From: Dehalococcoidia bacterium
Lineage (GTDB): Bacteria; Chloroflexota; Dehalococcoidia; Bin125
Direction: 5' to 3'
Length of the DNA: 64,000 nucleotides
Assembly: GCA_022828105.1 (NCBI GenBank)
Contig: JAJEJC010000001.1
Span: 5,918 to 69,917, forward strand
Position numbers and translations under genes: made by a program. Each line of letters begins with the position of its first letter. The stretch's first letter is position 1. Under the pieces are notes generated by a model that saw only the letters and a list, made by a program, of their open reading frames with translations, made no database searches and was not told where the DNA came from. Shown piece after piece: positions 8,713 through 18,081 of this stretch.

Positions 8713-11100
8713 ATGCCTGACAGAGCGGGACCACTTGGCGACGTACGGGTGATCGACCTGACCGACGACCGCGGGGTCTATGCGGGGAAGCTGCTGGGCG
8801 ACCTGGGCGCGGAGGTGATCCGGGTCGAACCTGCGGCGGGCGACCCGCTGCGAAGGCGTGCGCCGTTGCATGAGAACGGGTCGTCGCTGTGGCACGCGTT
8901 CTTCGCCAGTTCGCGGCAGTTCACGAGCGGCGATTGGGACGCGGCTGCGGAACTGGCGCAGTCGGCTGACATCGTCTTGGACTGCGAGCGGCTGGCGGAT
9001 CCTGAGGCGCTGCTGGCCGCGAATACGGGGCTGGTGATCGTTGACGTGACCTCGTTCGGCCGCTCGGGTCCGTGGCGCGACTACCTGGCGCCGGGGCTCG
9101 TGGCCGAGGCGCTGGGCGGGGTCGCCGCGACGTCGGGCGACGCCGACACGCCGCCGCTCAAGCTGTACGGCGACCAGTACGCCTTTGTGGCAGGGGTGTA
9201 CGCGGCGATCGGGGCGTTGGCCGCGCTGCGACACGCTCGCGAGACCGGAGCGGGCCAGATCGTGCGGCTGAGCGTGCACGAGGCGCTCTGCACGATCCTC
9301 GAGCACGTCTTGATGTGGGCCTGGTACCACGAGCACGTGCCCTTCGCCGACGGTCCCGTGCTGCCGCGCCAGGGGTCGCTGCACTGGTCCAGCGCATACG
9401 TCGTAATGCAGGCCGTGGGCGGTTCGATCATGATCACGCCGACGCCCGACTTCTCGCGCCAGGTCGCCTGGCTGGTCGAGGAGGGCACCGGGCTGGAGCT
9501 GCTGGACGAGCGCTTCAGCGATCCGGCCAACGTGGCCGAGATGATCATGCTGACGATGCAGACCCTGCGCGAGTGGGTTGCGGGCAAGGAAGTCGAGCTG
9601 TTCTTCCACGAGGCGCAGGCGCGGCACCATCCCTACGGCTGGGTGATGACGACGCCCGAGGTGGCGGAGAATCCGCAGCTTGAGGCGCGCGACTGGTGGA
9701 CCGATTATCCGGCCGGCGGGGCGACTGCAATCGGACCAGGGGCGCCGTATCACTTCTCGGAGACTTCGTGGAGGATCGGCGGAGCGGGGAGCCCCCCTCT
9801 GTCACAACGTGACATCTCCCCCCGCTTCGCGGGGGGAGAGACAGACTCCCATCCGATCTCCCCCCGCTCTGCGGGGGGAGATGCCGAAGGCAGAGGGGGG
9901 CGTCGCACCACAGGTCCCCTCGAAGGCATCCGGGTGCTCGACTTCACGCACGTGCTGGCCGGGCCGTTTGCGACGCGGGTGCTGGGCGACATGGGCGCGG
10001 ACGTGGTCAAGGTGATGTCCGCAACGCGCGTCTCACTTGCCGGCGGTCTGGACAGTCCGTATCACACGATGTGGAATCGCAACAAGCGGGTCTTCCAGCT
10101 CGACCTCAGCCGTACCGAGGCACGCGAGATCGCCCGCAAGCTGGCGGTCGAGGCCGATGTCGTGATCGACAACTTCTCGGTCGGCGTGCTGGATCGCTGG
10201 GAACTGGGTTACGACGCCGTCAGCCCCGACAATCCCGGCGTGGTCTATATCGGCATGTCGGGCATGGGCGTGTCGGGGCCGTGGTCGAACTACGTGACCT
10301 ACGCGCCGACCGTGCATGCGCTGGCCGGGCTGACCTACCTGACCGGCGTGCCGGGTCGCAACGACATCGGGATCGGCTTCAGCTACAACGATCACATGGC
10401 CGGACTGCACGGCGCGGTCGCGATCCTGGCGGCGCTCGAGGCTCGGCGCACGACGGGGCGGGGCCAGCAGATCGATATGAGCCAGTTCGAGGTCGGGGTC
10501 TCGTTCTCCGGCCCGGCGCTGCTGGACTTCTTCGCCAACGGGGTCGAGGCGCAGCCGGTCGGCAACGACCCGCCCTGGGAGGACTGGACGCCGCACGCGA
10601 TTTATCCCTGCCGGGGGAACGACGAATGGTGCGCCATCGCGGTCGTCAACGATGATCAATGGCGGGCGTTATGTCGGCTCATGGAAGCTCACGCCTGGCT
10701 CGACGACGCCTCGTTGGAGACCGCGGCTGGGCGTCGCGCGCGGCAGGCGGAGATCGACGTCCGGATCGGCGAGTGGACACGCACCCAGGATCGATACGAA
10801 CTGATGGATCGCTGCCAGGCGGCCGGCGTGCCGGCCGGCGTCGTGCAGACGGGATTCGATCTGACCGAGCGCGATCCGCAGCTCGCCCACTCGAGGATGT
10901 TCTTCGACTTCGACGACCCGCATCCCGACATTGGTCCGCTCAAGGGCGATCGGCTGCCGCTGCAGTTCGAGCGCACTCCCGCCACCGTCTACAATCGCTC
11001 GGAGGTCTTCGGCGAGTCCAACCTGTCGGTGGCGTCGGACTGGCTGGGAATCGCGGCGCTGGAGGTGGAGCGCTTGGAGTCGGAAGGGGTGATTGAGTAA
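8713..11100 (+). CDS. tandem fusion of two family III (CaiB/BaiF) CoA-transferase units joined by a repeat-derived linker
   Basis: Unit 1 starts GPLGDVRVIDLTDDRGVYAGKLLGDLGAEVIRVEP. Unit 2 starts GPLEGIRVLDFTHVLAGPFATRVLGDMGADVVKV. No stop between them in the track ORF. The linker SPPLSQRDISPRFAGGETDSHPISPRSAGGDAEGRGG is encoded by palindromic repeats. Confidence 0.8.
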   Translation: MPDRAGPLGDVRVIDLTDDRGVYAGKLLGDLGAEVIRVEPAAGDPLRRRAPLHENGSSLWHAFFASSRQFTSGDWDAAAELAQSADIVLDCERLADPEALLAANTGLVIVDVTSFGRSGPWRDYLAPGLVAEALGGVAATSGDADTPPLKLYGDQYAFVAGVYAAIGALAALRHARETGAGQIVRLSVHEALCTILEHVLMWAWYHEHVPFADGPVLPRQGSLHWSSAYVVMQAVGGSIMITPTPDFSRQVAWLVEEGTGLELLDERFSDPANVAEMIMLTMQTLREWVAGKEVELFFHEAQARHHPYGWVMTTPEVAENPQLEARDWWTDYPAGGATAIGPGAPYHFSETSWRIGGAGSPPLSQRDISPRFAGGETDSHPISPRSAGGDAEGRGGRRTTGPLEGIRVLDFTHVLAGPFATRVLGDMGADVVKVMSATRVSLAGGLDSPYHTMWNRNKRVFQLDLSRTEAREIARKLAVEADVVIDNFSVGVLDRWELGYDAVSPDNPGVVYIGMSGMGVSGPWSNYVTYAPTVHALAGLTYLTGVPGRNDIGIGFSYNDHMAGLHGAVAILAALEARRTTGRGQQIDMSQFEVGVSFSGPALLDFFANGVEAQPVGNDPPWEDWTPHAIYPCRGNDEWCAIAVVNDDQWRALCRLMEAHAWLDDASLETAAGRRARQAEIDVRIGEWTRTQDRYELMDRCQAAGVPAGVVQTGFDLTERDPQLAHSRMFFDFDDPHPDIGPLKGDRLPLQFERTPATVYNRSEVFGESNLSVASDWLGIAALEVERLESEGVIE
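9792..9902. repeat. MITE/REP-like palindromic element (two TCTCCCCCCGC-loop-GCGGGGGGAGA hairpins; 10-bp terminal inverted repeats)
   Basis: Hairpins at 9815-9839 and 9857-9881. CCCCCCTCTG (9792-9801) is the reverse complement of CAGAGGGGGG (9891-9900). The tail GATGCCGAAGGCAGAGGGGGGCG recurs at 39337-39359. Confidence 0.8.
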
Positions 11101-11115
11101 TGCGCTGCGCGATCC

Positions 11116-11997
11116 TTACGGCTCGTCCAGGTCAATGGCGATCGCAAACTCTGGCCAGCGGCTTCTGAAGTTCCGGCACTCCAGAGTCTCACGGTCGATT
11201 CTGCAGTGTCGAATCATCGTGATGATGCAGCTACTTTTCAGGTAGATGCCGCCGTTGTCGTCCAGCGTATGGAGACACTCGGAGAGCGCTGCCGGAGGAC
11301 CGCGCCACTCGTAGATGCCTTCCCAGTCAGGCTCCACCTGGCCTTCGATCGTCTCGAACGTCGCGGTGCTCTCCATGTAGCCTTCGGCTCCGTAGAGGAC
11401 CGTGAACAGGATGTCCGAGGAGTACACCCAGTTGTGGTGGCCGATGTCGTTCGGGAAGAACCGTCGTTGGGGATACAGCGGGTCACTCAACGCCGGTCCG
11501 TCCTCCGAGTATGGCAAGCCGTAGCGAAGCGCAAACTCTACTGCGTTCCTTGTGGGATGAACTCTGGCATATATGTGGACGATGGTTGTCTCGAACTGCT
11601 GCTGCAGTTCTGCTTCCAACTTAGCGTTGGTATCGGTGTAGGGAAGGGACTGGCACGGGAATCCTCGAGATCTGAGCCAGTCGTGATGCGGCGTGCGCAG
11701 CGGGAAGTATCGCTGTTCGGGCAACAGCAGCGTCCCTGGCCTGCCGCTCCGATCGAGCAACTGGTATCCAAACTCGACTCGATCGTCCTCAGTCAGGCGC
11801 GCCGCGATCCTGACCGCGAAGTCCACCGACTGGACTTCCGGCCGAGCGTCGTCAAGGACCACCCCAGGATCGGAATCCAATGAGTCACCGTCATCGGCAA
11901 TGGTGATTAGGGCAGGAGCGGCCGCAATCGACAGGACCAGAGCGGCCAAGACTGCGAGCATACGCTGGGGCAACGAACTGTGGCTCAGGCTAGACAT
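11116..11997 (-). CDS. secreted hypothetical protein with internal domain duplication and Cys-rich C-terminus
   Basis: Signal-like MLAVLAALVLSIAAAPA. Repeated blocks RVEFGYQLL...RYFPLRTPHHDW and AVEFALRYGL...RRFFPNDIGHHNW. Lower GC. Confidence 0.6.
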   Translation of the reverse strand: MSSLSHSSLPQRMLAVLAALVLSIAAAPALITIADDGDSLDSDPGVVLDDARPEVQSVDFAVRIAARLTEDDRVEFGYQLLDRSGRPGTLLLPEQRYFPLRTPHHDWLRSRGFPCQSLPYTDTNAKLEAELQQQFETTIVHIYARVHPTRNAVEFALRYGLPYSEDGPALSDPLYPQRRFFPNDIGHHNWVYSSDILFTVLYGAEGYMESTATFETIEGQVEPDWEGIYEWRGPPAALSECLHTLDDNGGIYLKSSCIITMIRHCRIDRETLECRNFRSRWPEFAIAIDLDEP

Positions 11998-12018
11998 GCC
12001 TCGCTGTCCTGAGATGTC

Positions 12019-13665
12019 CTACCTCTCCACCGAGTAGTCGATCTCCTTCGAGGTGATGACTTCGATCAGGGCTGCCTGGCCGTCTTCGGTGGCTCGGATG
12101 CCTCGCTTGAAGGCTTCCTTGAGGTCGCCGGGGGACTCGACGCGTTCTCCGTAGCCGCCGAAGGCCTTGGCCATGTCGGCGTAGTGGCCGGAGATGTCGG
12201 TGGCCCGGTACTTCTCCGTGGCGGTCTTCATGATCGGCAGTTCGATCGCCATCGAGAAGTTGTTGAGCAGCACGCTGAGGATGGGAATGTTCTCGCGCAC
12301 GGCGGTCTCGAAGTCCATGCCGGTCATGCCGATCGCGGCGTCGCCCCAGACATTGAGGCAGGTCTTCTCGGGGCTGGCGACCTTGGCGCCCATCGCGTAG
12401 CCGAGCCCGGTGCCGAGCTGGGTCGTCTTGCCCCAGCCGATGTAGCTGAGCGGGGTGGTCGAGTTCCAGAAGGGCGACATCTGGTCGCGCGGCGAGCCGG
12501 CGTCGTGGGTGGCGACAACATTGTCGATGCCGACCGTCTCGTCCAGGGTCGCGTGCAGGTCGCGCAGGGCGCGGTACGGGTTGATCGGCGCGTCGTCGGA
12601 GTCGGTCTTGTGGGCCCAGTCCTGGCGCCACTGTCCGTTGACCTCGGCGATCTTCGCGGCGATGGCGTCGGCGCGGCCGCGCGGGCCGGCGATCAGTTCG
12701 TGCACCTCGGCGATGATCGCGTCGAGCACCAGTGCCGCGTCGCCGACCACTCCCTCGGAGATCTCGACCTCATTGTTGAAATCCTCGGGATCGAGCGTCG
12801 AGTGGATGTAGTACGGACCCTTGGGCATCTGCAGGCCGAAGCCGGTCTTGGCGAACGAGCAACCGATGCCGAAAATCACGTCGGCGTCGCGCAGGAACTC
12901 GTGCACCGCCTTGGGGAAGGCGCGGCCGCCGGAGCCGAGCGAGAGCGGATGCGTCTCGGGGAAGGCGCTCTTGCCCTGCAGCGAGGTCGTGACCGGCGAT
13001 TCGAGCAGTTCGGCGAGTTCGCGGAGCTGATCCCAGGCGCGGGCGTAGTGGACGCCCTGTCCGGCGTAGATCACGGGCCGTTCGGCGTTGACCAGGGTCT
13101 GAGCGGCCTTGCGCGCGTCGGCCGGGTCGGGGCCGGAGCGGTAGGCAGGCGTGGGCGTGTAGTCGAGCGGCTCCGGAATCTCCGCGCCCCAGAGGTCGCC
13201 GGGGATTTCCAGCACGACCGGCCGCTGGCGGCCGTTCTTGGCGTGGGTGAAGGCGCGGCGGACGGCGTTGGCGAGGTCGCCCGGGTCGGTGAGCTGCTCG
13301 GTCCACTTGCTGACGTGCTGGAAGTTGACCAGTCCGGAGAAGTTGGGCGCGACGTTGGTCTGGGCGCGGGCGTAGCCGCCGGGAATGGCGACCATTGGCG
13401 CGGACTCGGACCAGGCCTGGGCGAGGCCGCCGAACGAGTTCTCGGAGCCGGGGCCGTTCTGGGTCAGGTAGACGGCCACGCGGTCGCCGGAGTTCATGCG
13501 GGCGAAGGCGTCGGCAATGTGGATGCCGGTGCGTTCCTGGCGCACGATGATCGTGCGGATATCGGCCTCGGCGGCCGCCTCGAAGATCGGGTTGACGGGG
13601 TAGCCGACGACGAAGTCGACGCCCTCCCGCTTGAGCATTTCGGCGATGGCGTTTGCGGTTCTCAT
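12019..13665 (-). CDS. thiamine diphosphate-dependent enzyme (acetolactate synthase/sulfoacetaldehyde acetyltransferase-like)
   Basis: N-terminal ThDP-enzyme fold (GVDFVVGYPVNP). C-terminal GDAAIGMTG...LLNN ThDP-binding motif. Confidence 0.85.
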   Translation of the reverse strand: MRTANAIAEMLKREGVDFVVGYPVNPIFEAAAEADIRTIIVRQERTGIHIADAFARMNSGDRVAVYLTQNGPGSENSFGGLAQAWSESAPMVAIPGGYARAQTNVAPNFSGLVNFQHVSKWTEQLTDPGDLANAVRRAFTHAKNGRQRPVVLEIPGDLWGAEIPEPLDYTPTPAYRSGPDPADARKAAQTLVNAERPVIYAGQGVHYARAWDQLRELAELLESPVTTSLQGKSAFPETHPLSLGSGGRAFPKAVHEFLRDADVIFGIGCSFAKTGFGLQMPKGPYYIHSTLDPEDFNNEVEISEGVVGDAALVLDAIIAEVHELIAGPRGRADAIAAKIAEVNGQWRQDWAHKTDSDDAPINPYRALRDLHATLDETVGIDNVVATHDAGSPRDQMSPFWNSTTPLSYIGWGKTTQLGTGLGYAMGAKVASPEKTCLNVWGDAAIGMTGMDFETAVRENIPILSVLLNNFSMAIELPIMKTATEKYRATDISGHYADMAKAFGGYGERVESPGDLKEAFKRGIRATEDGQAALIEVITSKEIDYSVER

Positions 13666-13685
13666 GGTGGGGTCTCCCTGGCGAT

Positions 13686-15128
13686 TTAGTCGGAGTGTAC
13701 GGGAGGCTTGCGGCCGGCCCAGGGCTGGGCCGCTTCGAGCTGCGCGCCCAGGCGGATCAGGGTCGCTTCGTCGGCGTAGGGAGCGACGAACTGCGTCCCG
13801 ACCGGCAGGCCGGCCTCGTTCCAGTAGAGCGGGACCGATGCAGCGGGGTTGCCGGAGGCGTTGAAGAGCGAGGTGAAGCCCACGGTCCGCTGGACATCCG
13901 TGCCCTGCGCCGCCAGATCGTCCCGATCCAGCGACAGCCGGCCCAGCGGCAGCGGCGTCGTGGCCATCGTCGGGGTCAGCATCACGTCGTAGCCGGGACC
14001 GTCGACGCCGGCGAACCAGCGTCCGACATAGCGGCCAATCGCGTGGACAGCGCGAGTCGCGGCGATGTATTCGGTCGCGGTGGGCATCTCGCCCGAGATC
14101 ATGCGCCAGGTCAGCGGCTCCATGTCCTCGGGATTGGGCGTGCGGCCCAGTTCGGCCGCCTTCTGGTCGAAGGCCAGCTTGGTCGAGGGTCGGACGATGT
14201 CGAAGAGCGGGTTACGGACCTCTTCGGGAATGTTCAGCACGGCGTCCTCGACCTCGTGACCGAGCGAGCGCAGGAGTGCGGCGGAGTGCTCGGCGGCGGC
14301 GATGCAATCGCCGTCGATCTCGCACTCGTTGAACGGCTGCACGATCATCCCGATCCGCAGCTTGCCAGGGTCGCGGCCGACTTCGTCCGCCCAGGGGCGC
14401 TCGGGCGGCGGCGCGTAGTAGGGCGCGCCGATGTCGGGGCCGGCGGTCGCGTCGAGCAGCACCGCAGAGTCGCGGACCGAGCGCGAGACGGCATGCACGG
14501 TCGACATGCCGGCCCAGCCCTCGCCGACGTCCGGTCCCGCCGGTGTTCGCGCGCGGGTTGGCTTGAGACCGAACAGCCCGTTGCAGGTCGCAGGAATGCG
14601 AATCGATCCGCCGCCGTCGGAGGCGTTGGCGACGGGGATGACGCCGGTGGCCACGGCCGCCGCAGCGCCGCCCGAGGATCCGCCGGCGGTGTGATCGAGG
14701 TTCCACGGATTGCGCGTCTTGCCGTGCAACTGCGATTCGGTGGTCGAGGTGATGCCCATCTCCGGCGACGTGGTGCGGCCGAAGATCGACAGGCCGGCGG
14801 CCTTGTAACGGATCACCATCTCCGAGTCGTGATCGGGAATCGTGTCGGCGAAGACCTTGGAGCCGCTGGAGATCGGCTGTCCGGCGTAGAGCGTGCCCAG
14901 GTCCTTGAGCAGGAACGGCACGCCGTGCATCGGACCCTCCGGCAATCCGCGCAGCGCGTTCTCGCGGGCGTGGTCGTACCAGGGGTAGACGACCGCGTTG
15001 ATCTGCGGATTGACCCGCTCGGCGCGCTCGATGGCTTCGTCGAGCAGTTCGATTGCCGAGACTTCACGGTCGGCCACCATGCGCGCCAGTTCGACGCCGT
15101 CGAAGTCCGAGTATCCCTGAATGGTCAT
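13686..15128 (-). CDS. amidase (amidase-signature family)
   Basis: [14 protein letters not shown] signature plus conserved Ser/Lys context. 480 aa. Confidence 0.9.
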   Translation of the reverse strand: MTIQGYSDFDGVELARMVADREVSAIELLDEAIERAERVNPQINAVVYPWYDHARENALRGLPEGPMHGVPFLLKDLGTLYAGQPISSGSKVFADTIPDHDSEMVIRYKAAGLSIFGRTTSPEMGITSTTESQLHGKTRNPWNLDHTAGGSSGGAAAAVATGVIPVANASDGGGSIRIPATCNGLFGLKPTRARTPAGPDVGEGWAGMSTVHAVSRSVRDSAVLLDATAGPDIGAPYYAPPPERPWADEVGRDPGKLRIGMIVQPFNECEIDGDCIAAAEHSAALLRSLGHEVEDAVLNIPEEVRNPLFDIVRPSTKLAFDQKAAELGRTPNPEDMEPLTWRMISGEMPTATEYIAATRAVHAIGRYVGRWFAGVDGPGYDVMLTPTMATTPLPLGRLSLDRDDLAAQGTDVQRTVGFTSLFNASGNPAASVPLYWNEAGLPVGTQFVAPYADEATLIRLGAQLEAAQPWAGRKPPVHSD

Positions 15129-15156
15129 TAGTGCGTCCTCTCGTAAGCTGCTTCAC

Positions 15157-15858
15157 ATGCTACGCACCGATGGACGCGAGCCCAACGAGTTACGTCCACT
15201 CAGCTTCCAACTCGACGTGCAGCGCCACGCCGACGGCTCCTGCATCGTCTCGTTGGGCGAGACGCAGGTGCTCTGCGCGGTCACGGTCGAGGAACGGGTC
15301 CCGCGTTGGATGCGCGGCACGGGACGCGGCTGGCTGACCGCCGAGTACAACATGCTGCCGGCCAGTACGAACACGCGATCGGGCCGCGAGCGCGTGCTCG
15401 GGGCGGGACGGACCAAGGAGATCCAGCGCTTGATCGGACGCAGTCTGAGAGCCGCCGTTGATCTCGACGCGCTGGGCGAGCGGACGTTCAACATCGATTG
15501 CGACGTGCTCAATGCCGACGGCGGCACGCGCACGGCGGCGGTGACAGGGGCGTTCGTCGCGGTGTCGCAGGCGATCGGCGGTCTGGCCTATGAGCGTTCG
15601 CCGATCCGGGCGGCCGTGGCGGCGGTCAGCGTCGGCATCCGCGAAGGGCAGGTGCTGGTCGATCTCAACTACGAGGAAGACTCAGGCGCCGACGTCGACT
15701 GCAACATCGTTGCTCTGGCCGACGGCGGGCTGGTCGAGGTGCAGGGCACGGCTGAGGGCGAGTCGTTCACACCGGAGCAGCTTGGCGAGATGGTCGCGGC
15801 GGCGCAGTCGGCGCTGGAGGAGATGTTCGCGGCACAGCGGTCGGCCATCGGAGCCTAG
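15157..15858 (+). CDS. rph: ribonuclease PH
   Basis: MLRTDGREPNELRP...ADGSCIVSLGETQVLC...WLTAEYNMLPASTNTR matches the RNase PH pattern. ATG at 15157. Confidence 0.9.
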   Translation: MLRTDGREPNELRPLSFQLDVQRHADGSCIVSLGETQVLCAVTVEERVPRWMRGTGRGWLTAEYNMLPASTNTRSGRERVLGAGRTKEIQRLIGRSLRAAVDLDALGERTFNIDCDVLNADGGTRTAAVTGAFVAVSQAIGGLAYERSPIRAAVAAVSVGIREGQVLVDLNYEEDSGADVDCNIVALADGGLVEVQGTAEGESFTPEQLGEMVAAAQSALEEMFAAQRSAIGA

Positions 15859-16721
15859 AAGTAGTCGGCGTAGAGGCCGAGGTGGCTGCCGCCGATCAGC
15901 AGGACGTGTCCGGGGCCGTACTCCTCGTCGGCCTGCTGACCGGGGAAGTTGCTCATCACGCGGAATCCGCCCGGGGAGGCTTCCTGTCCATAGGCGGCGA
16001 CATCCGCTCCCACCTGGCCGACATCCTGCCACATCGCCCATTGCGACGCCGGCTCCTTAGGCACGGCGAGCAGCGCCATCTGGGGCAAGGAGCGATGGGG
16101 CGAGGAGAAGCCGACGGAGACGGTCACCTGCCAGAGATTGGAGCGCCCGGCCTCCAGCGTGGGCAGCGCGTCGTAGAAGACGGTCGTGTCGGTTTCATGG
16201 ACGACGGTTGAGCCGTCTCCGGTCACGGCGTCGAGCCACGGCTCGCCGGTCGGCGCCAAGCGCGAGCGGTCGAGCTCTCTGGCGGCGTGGACCTGGAGGT
16301 GGGCGTGCGGCTGCGACTGCTCGCCCATCGCGCCGAAGTTGCAGAACACTCGGAATCCCAATGGCGCGCGGTCGGGGTTGCGATCCTGCAGCCAGGCGAC
16401 CGCCTGTTCGCCGTGATCGCGCGCCGTCGCGCCGACTTCGCCGAGGTCGGTCCAGAGTTCGTACTGCTGACAGTGGAACGGTGTGACGCAGTCCGAGTGC
16501 CAGCCAGGAATCACGAGCGAGGTCAGGTCGAAGAAGAGGAACTGATTCTCGAAGACGAACACGTCCGGTCGCGAGTCGGACCAGGGGACGGACGGATCTC
16601 CGCGGCGGGAGTCGATGAAGCGCCGCTCGCCGTCGCGAAAGAAGAGCGCCGACTCCGATCCGTCGGCGATTCCGCAGAAGACGCAGAATCGCGACGGGCG
16701 CTGGCCGGGCTTGTTGGGCAT
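15855..16721 (-). CDS. HIT-superfamily, GalT-like branch nucleotidyltransferase/phosphorylase-like protein
   Basis: N-terminal CVFCG (CxxC), PHAHLQVH (HxHxQ-type triad), second half a degenerate HIT repeat as in the GalT fold. Confidence 0.55.
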   Translation of the reverse strand: MPNKPGQRPSRFCVFCGIADGSESALFFRDGERRFIDSRRGDPSVPWSDSRPDVFVFENQFLFFDLTSLVIPGWHSDCVTPFHCQQYELWTDLGEVGATARDHGEQAVAWLQDRNPDRAPLGFRVFCNFGAMGEQSQPHAHLQVHAARELDRSRLAPTGEPWLDAVTGDGSTVVHETDTTVFYDALPTLEAGRSNLWQVTVSVGFSSPHRSLPQMALLAVPKEPASQWAMWQDVGQVGADVAAYGQEASPGGFRVMSNFPGQQADEEYGPGHVLLIGGSHLGLYADYF

Positions 16722-16836
16722 GAGGCTCAGCGTCGCACCATTCTCCGGCCTGAGCAAACGGGTGAGATACGATCTGTTCCAGTTCCCGCTTCACGCGGGA
16801 ACCTGCTCGGGCCCGTCTCCCTGGGGATGTCCACTC

Positions 16837-18054
16837 ATGGTCAACGTCCAACCACTCCGAGGCCTCCGCTACAACCCCGACGTTGTCGGCGACTGGGGCG
16901 CCGTGCTCGGCCCGCCGTACGACATCGTCGACGCCGACCAGACCGACCGGCTCAAGGCGTCCAGTCGCTACCAGGTCGCCCACATCGAGACCGCCGCCGG
17001 CGACGAGATCGCCGAGGCCGCACGGACACTCCGCGCCTGGCGCGACGCCGGCGCGATTGTCCAGGACGACGCGCCGTCCTATTACCTGCATGAGCACCGC
17101 TTTGGCGACGGACTAGACAGTCGCGTCCGCCGAGTGATCTTCGGCGCGGTCGAGCTCACCGGCTGGGGCGACGGCGTGATGGCCCACGAGCGAACGATGC
17201 CCGGTCCCAAGGCGACCCGGACGGCGCTGCGATCGGTCGTGGGAGCGGATGTCTCCCCGCTGATGGCGTTCGTTCCCGATCCCGACGGCGCGCTGGCGGA
17301 ACTGTTCGATCTCGCTGCTGAACTCCCCCTGCTCAGTCAAGGGACCGACCCAATGGGCGACGCGCACACCTTGCGCCGCATCGACGGGGCGAACACTGTG
17401 ATGCGGATCGGGGACGCATTCGCCAACGACACCATCTACATGGCCGACGGGCACCATCGCTATGAGTCGGCGCTGGACGCCATCGACGATCGGCCGGGCT
17501 CGCGATACGTGCTGATGGGCATTGCCTGCGCCGACGATCCCGCCCTGGTCGTCGGGGCGACCCACCGCATCGTTCACGGCGAGGTCCCGGCCAGCCTGCT
17601 CGCCCAGCTTGGCCGCAACTTCCGCATTGCCGAGTCCAACCCGACCGACCTCGCCGCAAGCCTTCCTGACGGAAGCTCGTCGCTGGGCCTGGTGACCGCG
17701 CATGGCGCGTGGCTGCTCGAACCGACGGAGGCGGCGGGCCGATCCATGCCGGACGACGTGCCCGACGCCTGGCGCAACCTTGCGCCCGCCGTGCTCCAAC
17801 ACGTCGTGCTCGAACCGCTGCTGGGCATCGACGCCGGGGCGCTTGCCGGTGGTCAGGCGGTCACGTACACGCACAACCTCGATGAGCTCTTCCGAGCGGT
17901 TAATGATGGATCGGCGACCGCCGGGTTTGTGCTCCCTGCGCCCACGCTCCAGGATGTGATCGATACCGCCGACGCGGGCTCGTTCATGCCGCAGAAGAGC
18001 ACTTACTTCGTGCCCAAGCTGCCCACCGGACTGGTCATGCACGCCCTCGACTGA
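16837..18054 (+). CDS. DUF1015 family protein
   Basis: MVNVQPLRGLRYNP...GPPYDIV...YYLHEHRF...HERTMPGPKATR matches the DUF1015 N-terminal pattern. ATG at 16837. Confidence 0.75.
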   Translation: MVNVQPLRGLRYNPDVVGDWGAVLGPPYDIVDADQTDRLKASSRYQVAHIETAAGDEIAEAARTLRAWRDAGAIVQDDAPSYYLHEHRFGDGLDSRVRRVIFGAVELTGWGDGVMAHERTMPGPKATRTALRSVVGADVSPLMAFVPDPDGALAELFDLAAELPLLSQGTDPMGDAHTLRRIDGANTVMRIGDAFANDTIYMADGHHRYESALDAIDDRPGSRYVLMGIACADDPALVVGATHRIVHGEVPASLLAQLGRNFRIAESNPTDLAASLPDGSSSLGLVTAHGAWLLEPTEAAGRSMPDDVPDAWRNLAPAVLQHVVLEPLLGIDAGALAGGQAVTYTHNLDELFRAVNDGSATAGFVLPAPTLQDVIDTADAGSFMPQKSTYFVPKLPTGLVMHALD

Positions 18055-18081
18055 TCCGGCCGCTCCTGCGCCCCTACACCG

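Noticed and set aside
15855-16721. Tandem HIT protein with a degenerate second triad as a novelty
   Set aside because: The CxxC plus HxHxQ motifs and the duplicated half-barrel match the normal GalT-branch architecture of the HIT superfamily.
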